Source of the DNA: a virus | Lineage: Duplodnaviria > Caudoviricetes | Length of the DNA stretch: 64,000 nucleotides | IMG/VR virus record: IMGVR_UViG_2706795703_000001 | Coordinates: 8,140-72,139 of that record | Reading direction: 5' to 3' (one strand) | Part shown: positions 54,069-60,313 of the stretch, in pieces | Layout: the number at the start of each line of letters is the position of its first letter | How positions within the stretch are numbered: the stretch's first letter is position 1 | Made by a program: the position numbers and the translations under genes | The notes under the pieces: model-generated | What the model was told of the DNA's origin: nothing | Database searches by the model: none | Seen by the model: the letters and a program-made list of their open reading frames with translations, nothing else

Positions 54069-54304
54069 CGGCCGACGACCAGCTGGAGCCGGTGACCATA
54101 GTCGACAAGCGCGCCCAGCGTCGTGCCGACAAGGTGCTGACCGAGCACCTACGCAACGCCCAGCGCGACCAGCTGGCCGCCAACGTGCGCCAGCTGGCGG
54201 GCACCACCTGGTGGGCCGCCCAGTCCAGCCCGACCCCCGACGAGGTGCTGGCCAGCCGTGACGCCCTGGTCATGGAGGCCCGGATGCAAGGGCTGGACGT
54301 ATGA
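54065..54304 (+). CDS. Hypothetical protein (79 aa)
   Basis: GTGA and ATGA couplings. Confidence 0.65.
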   Translation: MTADDQLEPVTIVDKRAQRRADKVLTEHLRNAQRDQLAANVRQLAGTTWWAAQSSPTPDEVLASRDALVMEARMQGLDV

Positions 54305-54876
54305 CCGCTGACCCTGACACCGACGAGCCCGACTGCCGGGGCTGGGTGCCCGACTACCAGCTGGTGCCCGCGATCCTGGCGGGATCGGCCACCACCATGG
54401 CCGACCTGACCCCACCCGACCGCGCCTGGGCGGTGGCGGGGCTACTGCGCGAGGGCCACACCGCCGAGCAGATCAAGGATCGGATGGGGTGCAGCTTGCG
54501 GCTGGTGCGCACCGTGTCAGCCTGGGCGGCCACGGCGGTGTGCCAGCTGCTGCAAGCCGAAGCCGAGCACTTCGCGGACACCTACCGGATGCAGGACGTG
54601 GAGCTACGGCGGCTGACGGCCGACCTGGTCACCGCCAACGCCACCGCCGACCGCTACCAGCGCCAGCTGGCGCGGCTGCTGGACAGCTACCTGGTGGGCG
54701 AGTCGGGCCCCAGCTTCCCCAAGTGTGGACACCCGAAGACCAGGTACAACACCTATACCGCCCCGAAGACGGGGAAGACGTCGTGCCGGATGTGCCACTG
54801 TGACGCCCAGCGGGCCTATGAACAGCGCAAGGCGGCAGCGTCAGCACTGCCGCCTTCGTCGCCGGTGGGTCAGTAG
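54301..54876 (+). CDS. HTH / coiled-coil / zinc-ribbon protein (191 aa)
   Basis: GHTAEQIKDRMGCSLRLVRTV; CGH...NTY...CRMC. Confidence 0.7.
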   Translation: MTADPDTDEPDCRGWVPDYQLVPAILAGSATTMADLTPPDRAWAVAGLLREGHTAEQIKDRMGCSLRLVRTVSAWAATAVCQLLQAEAEHFADTYRMQDVELRRLTADLVTANATADRYQRQLARLLDSYLVGESGPSFPKCGHPKTRYNTYTAPKTGKTSCRMCHCDAQRAYEQRKAAASALPPSSPVGQ

Positions 54877-55127
54877 CCGTAGTCCTCGGCCGGGGCGTCG
54901 GCATCCTCGAAGAGGTCTTGGTCGTAGGCCCCGCCCAGGCGGCCGAAGTTGGCACCGTAGCGCTGGCCGCTGTCCTTCGTGACCACCTTGGCATCCTCGC
55001 CGTAGGTGTCGATGGCTTCCTGCACGGCGGCGAGCAGGTCGGCCAGGGTCATGTCGGTGCTGACCTGGTCGGCGGCGTATCCCTGGTTGTTGTCGGTGGC
55101 CATGATGACGGTGACGTTGCTGGACAT
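54870..55127 (-). CDS. Acidic hypothetical protein (85 aa)
   Basis: SD AGGAG after cassette 5. Confidence 0.75.
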   Translation of the reverse strand: MSSNVTVIMATDNNQGYAADQVSTDMTLADLLAAVQEAIDTYGEDAKVVTKDSGQRYGANFGRLGGAYDQDLFEDADAPAEDYGY

Positions 55128-55147
55128 GTGGGTCTCCTGACTGCTGG

Positions 55148-55208
55148 GGCGGGTCGGTCCCGCCGGGCTGGTGAAGACGAAGTTACCCGCCTATGTCGGG
55201 TAAGTCAA
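55148..55208 (-). promoter_or_regulatory. Operator-promoter cassette 5 (TTGACT-N17-TAACTT) with leader hairpin
   Basis: -35 at 55203-08, -10 at 55180-85, hairpin at 55148-64. Confidence 0.85.
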
Positions 55209-55226
55209 ACGGCGTAGTGTCGGCCC

Positions 55227-55547
55227 ATGGCCAAGACGAAGGCCCGCAAGGGCACTAGACGCGCCGGTGCGCTACGTGGCGGCACGCGAAAAATCGCTCG
55301 TTCCCGCAGGCCAGGCACCATCGCGCTGCACGCCAAGGCAGGCGGCATTGCCACCTTCGCCAAGGGTGGCGGGGGCGGCTACCGGGGCTTCAAATCGAAG
55401 AAACAGTGGCGCTGGGCCTGGGCGACGAAACAGCCGTGGGCGCGCAAGAAGTCCCATGAGACCGCCGGGGGACCGAAGGTGCGCTACCGCCGGTTACCGG
55501 CCAGCAAGCACAGCGGGCACAAGGGCACCAGACGCCCCAAGTCCTGA
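55227..55547 (+). CDS. Highly basic Arg/Lys-rich protein (106 aa)
   Basis: About 30% K+R with one acidic residue; leaderless ATG 6 nt after TAGTGT. Confidence 0.75.
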   Translation: MAKTKARKGTRRAGALRGGTRKIARSRRPGTIALHAKAGGIATFAKGGGGGYRGFKSKKQWRWAWATKQPWARKKSHETAGGPKVRYRRLPASKHSGHKGTRRPKS

Positions 55548-55564
55548 TAACCACCTGATAACCA
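55543..55564. repeat. Tandem 11-bp duplication CCTGATAACCA x2
   Basis: Read directly; contains ATAACC (reverse complement GGTTAT). Confidence 0.8.
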
Positions 55565-55566
55565 CG

Positions 55567-56049
55567 TCAACCGAACGCGCCCAGCGCGCTGGCCAGAAAC
55601 ACCAGCGACAGCAGCGCGGTCAGGGCGATATAGCCGATCTGCCGCCAGTCGGCTGCTTCGCGGGCCCGCTCGGTCACCACCGCGTCGTCGTCTTCCCACG
55701 GGGACACCCACAACGCCGGGGTGCCGACGCCCGGCCCCAGGCAGCCCCGGCACAAGAACGCCCCGTCGACGGTCCAGCGCATGTCGGCCCGGTACCGCGT
55801 GGTGTCGCAGCCCCGGCACCAGTCCGCGCGGTCATCCAGCAGGCTCTGGACACCGGGCTCCACCACGGGCTTGGCCGGTGGCGGGGCCACGTTGTTGGCC
55901 AGCGGCGTGAAGGCAAACCCGTCGGGTACTTGGCGCACGGTGCCGCCGGTGGGGCTGGCGTGCAGCTGGGCCACGGCATCGCCCAGCTTCTCGAACTGCG
56001 CCGCCTCCAGACCGAAGCCCTTGGCAGCCACCCGGGGTACTCGTCCCAT
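55567..56049 (-). CDS. Zinc-finger protein with C-terminal TM helix (160 aa)
   Basis: CRGC...CRGC; hydrophobic C-terminus. Confidence 0.65.
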   Translation of the reverse strand: MGRVPRVAAKGFGLEAAQFEKLGDAVAQLHASPTGGTVRQVPDGFAFTPLANNVAPPPAKPVVEPGVQSLLDDRADWCRGCDTTRYRADMRWTVDGAFLCRGCLGPGVGTPALWVSPWEDDDAVVTERAREAADWRQIGYIALTALLSLVFLASALGAFG

Positions 56050-56435
56050 TACCGCACCTCCAGGGGTACATCGCAGGTCTCAGCGTGGGCGGCCAGGTAG
56101 TGCGCCCCGCAGGCGGTGCAGTGGTCAGCGTCGTCGTAGGGGTCGGTGGCCGCCCGCAGCGCCGCGCTTATCCGCGCGCCCTGGCGGCAACTGCACCCGG
56201 CGCAGTGCGGGCCACGGATGTTGCTCCGGCGGTAGGTGCCGCCCTGGCTGCCAGGGACTAGCCGGTCGGCAATCACCTCGTCCTCGGTCACCAGCCGTCC
56301 GCACTCCCAGCAGGGCACTTTCGTGCCGTCGCCGCCGAACCCGGCCTCGGGGCTTACCAGCCACTTGCGCCGGGCGCGCCGGTCGTAGCTGCTGCCGCGC
56401 TCGTTGCGGTTGCTCCGACCGCAGATGCTGCTCAC
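56049..56435 (-). CDS. HNH-like protein with substituted catalytic residues (128 aa)
   Basis: CWEC...ADRLVPGSQGG...NI...CAGCS; GTG 56435. Confidence 0.7.
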   Translation of the reverse strand: MSSICGRSNRNERGSSYDRRARRKWLVSPEAGFGGDGTKVPCWECGRLVTEDEVIADRLVPGSQGGTYRRSNIRGPHCAGCSCRQGARISAALRAATDPYDDADHCTACGAHYLAAHAETCDVPLEVR

Positions 56436-56578
56436 TTGGTCACCACACTGGGCGGGTCGAATACCAGCCGCCAGCGGTCGCCCGTCCACAGCAGCACCCA
56501 CCAGTGCCGCAGGCGGTGCCGGTCGCCGTCGAACAGGCGCTCGACGTCGGTACGGCTGGGCAGCCCCGGCCCGGTCAC
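56432..56578 (-). CDS. Hypothetical protein (48 aa, Trp-rich)
   Basis: GTGA couplings at both ends. Confidence 0.55.
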   Translation of the reverse strand: MTGPGLPSRTDVERLFDGDRHRLRHWWVLLWTGDRWRLVFDPPSVVTK

Positions 56579-56784
56579 CCGTCGCCTTCCAGGTCGAACT
56601 CCTCGGCGTAGGCGGGCAGAAACTCGCTGGCCGGGCGGGGTAGGCCGACGGCCAGACTGGCGTCGAACCGGGCCAGCACGTCGGTCAGGTAGGCGGCGTG
56701 GGCGGGGCTGGGCGCGTGCTCGATGCGGTGGGTGATCTTGCGCCGCTGCCGGGCCACGTTCATGTCCGGCTGTACCGACTTCAC
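56575..56784 (-). CDS. Hypothetical protein (69 aa)
   Basis: GTGA couplings; codon bias. Confidence 0.65.
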   Translation of the reverse strand: MKSVQPDMNVARQRRKITHRIEHAPSPAHAAYLTDVLARFDASLAVGLPRPASEFLPAYAEEFDLEGDG

Positions 56785-57002
56785 GGTTTACCCCGCCCAC
56801 GGTGGGCATCCTGGCCCCTGAGCTGGCGGCAGCTGAGCGCCACGTGCCGCCGGGCCAGGCCGGTGCGCGGGTCGATGATCGGGCGGTGTTGCGTGTTGGT
56901 GGTCCTGCCGCAGTATTCGCACCTGTCGAACGTGCCTGCCATCGGCTGGCCGCTGCCGGGGCACCATGGCGACTTCTGGGCAGCACCCTTGGTCCTGGTC
57001 AT
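56781..57002 (-). CDS. CPGS-type zinc-binding protein (73 aa)
   Basis: CPGS...CEYC...RRH; ATGA coupling. Confidence 0.6.
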   Translation of the reverse strand: MTRTKGAAQKSPWCPGSGQPMAGTFDRCEYCGRTTNTQHRPIIDPRTGLARRHVALSCRQLRGQDAHRGRGKP

Positions 57003-57487
57003 TTCGTCCGCACCACCGTGGTCACGGTCGCGCCGGGCTGCACCTGGTCGGCCCAGCTGTCCCCGACCTCCATCAGCACCCCCGCACCGTCGTGGACGAC
57101 GAACCGGCCGTCGTAGGTGACAGCGGTACGCACGGGCATGACCAGCGGCCGGTCCACCGTGGTCTCGGCCAGGGTCAGGTGGTCGGTGTGGCAGGCCCGC
57201 CACGGGGCCCACCACGGCCGGGCGCCCCAGGCGGCCACCAGCGCCACCATGACGGTGCCCGGTGCCACTTCTGTGGCCGGGTCCATGACGGCGGGCTGGG
57301 TGGCCAGCACGTGGGCCTGGCGCACGTCCAGGCGGTGCTTAATGAGCACGTTGACGACCAGGGCCAGGCAGCCACCGATGACGGCGCTGCGCAGGTCCAT
57401 GACCGCTCCCAGGACGGTGGTGGCCAGCAGCACCCCAATGGTGCTGCCGACCAGGGTGGTGACCACAATGCGGCTCAGCGGTGCCAT
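56999..57487 (-). CDS. Membrane protein (162 aa)
   Basis: Two N-terminal TM helices. Confidence 0.65.
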   Translation of the reverse strand: MAPLSRIVVTTLVGSTIGVLLATTVLGAVMDLRSAVIGGCLALVVNVLIKHRLDVRQAHVLATQPAVMDPATEVAPGTVMVALVAAWGARPWWAPWRACHTDHLTLAETTVDRPLVMPVRTAVTYDGRFVVHDGAGVLMEVGDSWADQVQPGATVTTVVRTK

Positions 57488-57624
57488 GGCTCGGCCCCCG
57501 TGCCGGTGCTGATGTTGTGGTCAAAGCACCAGCCATAGCGGTGGTGGCAGCCCGGCCCGCACGGCAGCAGGCCCACGGCGCGCATCACCTCGGCCAGCTC
57601 GGCGTATGTCATGTTGGCATCCAT
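57475..57624 (-). CDS. Hypothetical protein (49 aa)
   Basis: TGATG coupling; Cys/His-rich. Confidence 0.5.
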   Translation of the reverse strand: MDANMTYAELAEVMRAVGLLPCGPGCHHRYGWCFDHNISTGTGAEPWHR

Positions 57625-58028
57625 CACTTGCCCTCCAGCTTCTGCCGCAGCGCGGCCAGGTCGGCGTCGTCCAGGGGCGGCACCACCGGATCCAAGATCA
57701 GCGGCAGCTCCACATCGTGGGTGTTGCACCAGACCGTGACCGGCCCCGGCCCGCCGTAGGTGAACGTCAGGCGGCAGTCCAGCTGGGCGTGGACCCCGAC
57801 CTCGGGGTTCATGTTGGGCAGCCAGCCATTGACCAGCCGCACCTCGGCCTCCTTGGGCTGCTGAGTGCTGTAGTTGGCCCAGTCGTCAGCGCCGGGGCGG
57901 TTGTTGGACTTGCGGGTCGGCGGCTGCTCGGCGGCGGTGGCAATGCGCTCCAGCGCCGCCACCGCGCGCTTGGCCAGGTCAATGGCGTCACGGGTGGGGC
58001 CGGGCAGCATCGAGGCGATGTTAACCAT
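57624..58028 (-). CDS. Hypothetical protein (134 aa)
   Basis: Codon bias; SD-like GAAGGGA. Confidence 0.65.
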   Translation of the reverse strand: MVNIASMLPGPTRDAIDLAKRAVAALERIATAAEQPPTRKSNNRPGADDWANYSTQQPKEAEVRLVNGWLPNMNPEVGVHAQLDCRLTFTYGGPGPVTVWCNTHDVELPLILDPVVPPLDDADLAALRQKLEGK

Positions 58029-58284
58029 GGGTAGGTCGTCCCTTCGTGGTCAGTGCTAGACCTGCGCGGCGCAGGTCGGCAATGGTGTTCTTCAATGCTC
58101 GGTGGTCGCTGGGTGTCGACGGCATGGTGGTCACCAGCTTGCCGTCGACGTACACCCGCAGGTGCTGGTTGCGGCTGTGTTGAACGTCGCCGCCGACCGC
58201 GCGAATGGCGTCGACCAGGGCCTTGACGTCGGCGCTGCATTGGCCAGGTCGGTGTCGGCCGGTGCCTGCTACGGGCAATCCCAT
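58021..58284 (-). CDS. HicA-like toxin (87 aa)
   Basis: LVDAIRAVGGDVQHSRNQHLRVY...VTTMPSTPSDHRALKNTIADLRRAG; SD AAGGAG. Confidence 0.65.
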   Translation of the reverse strand: MGLPVAGTGRHRPGQCSADVKALVDAIRAVGGDVQHSRNQHLRVYVDGKLVTTMPSTPSDHRALKNTIADLRRAGLALTTKGRPTHG

Positions 58285-58342
58285 GGTGGTCTCCTTGGTG
58301 GTTGTGGCGGGGCCGGTCACCCGACCCCGCCGGGGTGGTTGG

Positions 58343-58618
58343 TTACTCGTTGACCTCGCCCACCCAGGCCACCGCGCGCACGGCCTCGGCGGCGCTGGCC
58401 CCGGTGCCCGGGGTGGTCTCGATGATGACGATGCGCTCGGTACGACCGTTGTGGCGGTAGGTACCGCGCAGCGTGCCGTCGAACTGGAGGTCGTCCAGGG
58501 TGATGGTGCGGTGCAGCATGGTGGCCACCTGAAGGGCGTGGCCGATGGTGACCGACGGGTCGGTGGTCTCGACGTCGGTCTGGGTGCCACGGCTGGTGAT
58601 GATGCTGAAGGTGGCCAT
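58343..58618 (-). CDS. Hypothetical protein (91 aa)
   Basis: SD AGGAG after cassette 6. Confidence 0.75.
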   Translation of the reverse strand: MATFSIITSRGTQTDVETTDPSVTIGHALQVATMLHRTITLDDLQFDGTLRGTYRHNGRTERIVIIETTPGTGASAAEAVRAVAWVGEVNE

Positions 58619-58638
58619 GTCGGGCTCCTGTCTGCTGG

Positions 58639-58719
58639 GGCGGGTCGGTCCCGCCGGGCTGGTGACATGAAACTACCCCGACATAGGCGGGTTAGTCAAC
58701 TACTCCAAGCAGGCAATTT
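58639..58719 (-). promoter_or_regulatory. Operator-promoter cassette 6 (TTGACT-N18-TAGTTT) with leader hairpin and upstream AAATTGCCTG
   Basis: -35 at 58694-99, -10 at 58670-75, hairpin at 58639-55, upstream element at 58710-19. Confidence 0.85.
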
Positions 58720-58851
58720 GGCGTGGTGTCGTCGCACCTTGCCGTTGGCCTTGATAGCGAAGTGCCCGCCGCAGGCGGGACAGTAGGCGTGACCGCGAAA
58801 GGTGCGGGCCGGGGCCTGGTCAGACCCCGGGCACCGCACCATGTCAGTCAT
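58696..58851 (-). CDS. CPGS-type zinc-binding protein (51 aa), not in the ORF track
   Basis: Translated by hand: MTDMVRCPGSDQAPARTFRGHAYCPACGGHFAIKANGKVRRHHAKLPAWSS. Confidence 0.6.
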   Translation of the reverse strand: MTDMVRCPGSDQAPARTFRGHAYCPACGGHFAIKANGKVRRHHAKLPAWSS

Positions 58852-59302
58852 CGACCGCCACGCCGGGCACGCTGTCGGGCAGCAGGTAGTCCAGCACCAC
58901 CGGCGGCCGGGTGACCACGCGGTGGTCGGGCACCAGACCGGTCAGGCTGGGCCGGTACCAGCCACCACAGCCCGCGCACTGCACGAACAGCTGGCGGGCA
59001 GGGCCTGACACCGTGACGTCGTCGGTGTCGCGCGGGCGGGTCCGGCTGCCTGCACACCGCTGGTCGGCGGGGATGACCAGGTGATCGGGCAGCAGCGCGT
59101 TCAGCTGGGCGGGGCCGTTGGTCACCGTCGGAGCCTGGTCTGGCCGTGACGCCGCCCAGGCGGCGGGCAGAAACCCGCCGCTGGACAGGAAGCCGTGCAG
59201 TCCCAGCACCAGCTCGCACAGCCGGTGGATGTCGTCGTGGTATTCCGACTGGTCGGTGCGGGCGATGTCCAGCATTTCGGCCAGGGCGGCGTCGGGATCC
59301 AT
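58844..59302 (-). CDS. Hypothetical protein with C-terminal CAGS zinc module (152 aa)
   Basis: MDPDAALAEM N-terminus; CAGS...CAGC...PDH. Confidence 0.7.
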   Translation of the reverse strand: MDPDAALAEMLDIARTDQSEYHDDIHRLCELVLGLHGFLSSGGFLPAAWAASRPDQAPTVTNGPAQLNALLPDHLVIPADQRCAGSRTRPRDTDDVTVSGPARQLFVQCAGCGGWYRPSLTGLVPDHRVVTRPPVVLDYLLPDSVPGVAVDD

Positions 59303-59895
59303 CAGTAGGTGTCCCTGTCCCGCAGCGCGGCGATGATGAATCCCCGCCCCGGCTGGTCAAACGGGCTGGGGCCGGTGCCCACGCGCGGCACCTCCGCGCG
59401 CACCAGCGGGTCCACGACGCCGCCGGGGCTGTAGGTGCCTGCCACCCGGCCGTAGCTGCCCATGCGCTCGGCCACCGGCTCCTCCTCGGCCGGGTCGGGC
59501 CCGATGCGCTTGAGGCCGACGACCACGTGCAGGCTGGGCCAATTGGCCTCACCGATGAACTGGAGCAACCCCGGCCAGTTCAGCCGGTCGGTGTTCTGGC
59601 CGGTCACCGTCCAGCGGGTGCTCTGGCCGACGCGCCAGCCCACGGCGGCGTAGGCGTACTCCCGCCCGGCCTGGTACTTGGTGAAGGTCACCGCGACGGA
59701 CCCGGCATCGCCCAGATCGGGCTGCTTGGGCTTGCGCTCCTCGCGGCGGCGCAGCTCCTCGGCGGCCACCAGCCGGTCGATGCGCGCGGCCTCCTCGAGC
59801 ATGGCGGCGGCCTGGTTGCGCAGGTGGATGGCGTTGCCCAGGGTGGGCGTCGGGTCAGCCGCTACGGCCTTCTCAGCGTCGGTGTCGTTGGACAT
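59302..59895 (-). CDS. Hypothetical protein (197 aa)
   Basis: SD AAGGAG; TGATG coupling downstream. Confidence 0.75.
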   Translation of the reverse strand: MSNDTDAEKAVAADPTPTLGNAIHLRNQAAAMLEEAARIDRLVAAEELRRREERKPKQPDLGDAGSVAVTFTKYQAGREYAYAAVGWRVGQSTRWTVTGQNTDRLNWPGLLQFIGEANWPSLHVVVGLKRIGPDPAEEEPVAERMGSYGRVAGTYSPGGVVDPLVRAEVPRVGTGPSPFDQPGRGFIIAALRDRDTY

Positions 59896-59924
59896 GGGTG
59901 GCTCCTTCTTGGTTGTGGTGGGGA

Positions 59925-60155
59925 CTACGGGGCTTCGACGTCGTCAGCCGGGCCGGAGCCGTAGCTGCTGGGGTGCTTGGCGGTGGCGCAGCGCGCGTTC
60001 TTGGCGGCCATGCCGATGCCGTGCTTGGCGTTCACGAACGCGGGGTTCATGCACGCTTGGTCATAGACCGGATAGGTGCCGGTCTCGGCGCTGGCGGTCG
60101 CGGCACCGAACAGGGCCAGCCCTGCGGTCAGTGCGGCGGCGATCAGGTACTTCAT
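59925..60155 (-). CDS. Small secreted protein (76 aa)
   Basis: Signal peptide MKYLIAAALTAGLALFGAATASA; two Cys; SD AGGAGG. Confidence 0.7.
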   Translation of the reverse strand: MKYLIAAALTAGLALFGAATASAETGTYPVYDQACMNPAFVNAKHGIGMAAKNARCATAKHPSSYGSGPADDVEAP

Positions 60156-60195
60156 GGTGGTTCCTCCTGTGGTTGTGGTTGTGGTTGGTCGTGCG

Positions 60196-60266
60196 CTCCA
60201 GGGGCGGGAATCGAACCCGCGAGGTTGGCTCGTCAGCCGTGGCGACTCCATCGCGCCAGCCCTGGA
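60196..60266 (-). ncRNA. tRNA-like element (71 nt) with normal acceptor, D and T arms but a shrunken anticodon arm
   Basis: Acceptor TCCAGGG/CCCTGGA; D stem GGCG/CGCC with GG in the loop; T arm GCGGG-TTCGATT-CCCGC; third arm GGCT-GACG-AGCC; no encoded CCA. Confidence 0.7.
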
Positions 60267-60270
60267 AGGT

Positions 60271-60307
60271 GGTGCCAGGCCAGTGGTCAGTTCACCGGCC
60301 TGGCACC
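60271..60307 (-). other. 15-bp RNA hairpin between the DUF932 stop and the tRNA-like element
   Basis: GGTGCCAGGCCGGTG-AACTGAC-CACTGGCCTGGCACC with one G-U pair; no U-tract. Confidence 0.7.
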
Positions 60308-60313
60308 GGTCTA

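Noticed and set aside
60196-60266. Canonical tRNA-Val(GAC) gene
   Set aside because: CTGACGA resembles an anticodon loop, but the flanking bases cannot form the 5-bp stem around a 7-nt loop. Reported as a tRNA mimic instead.
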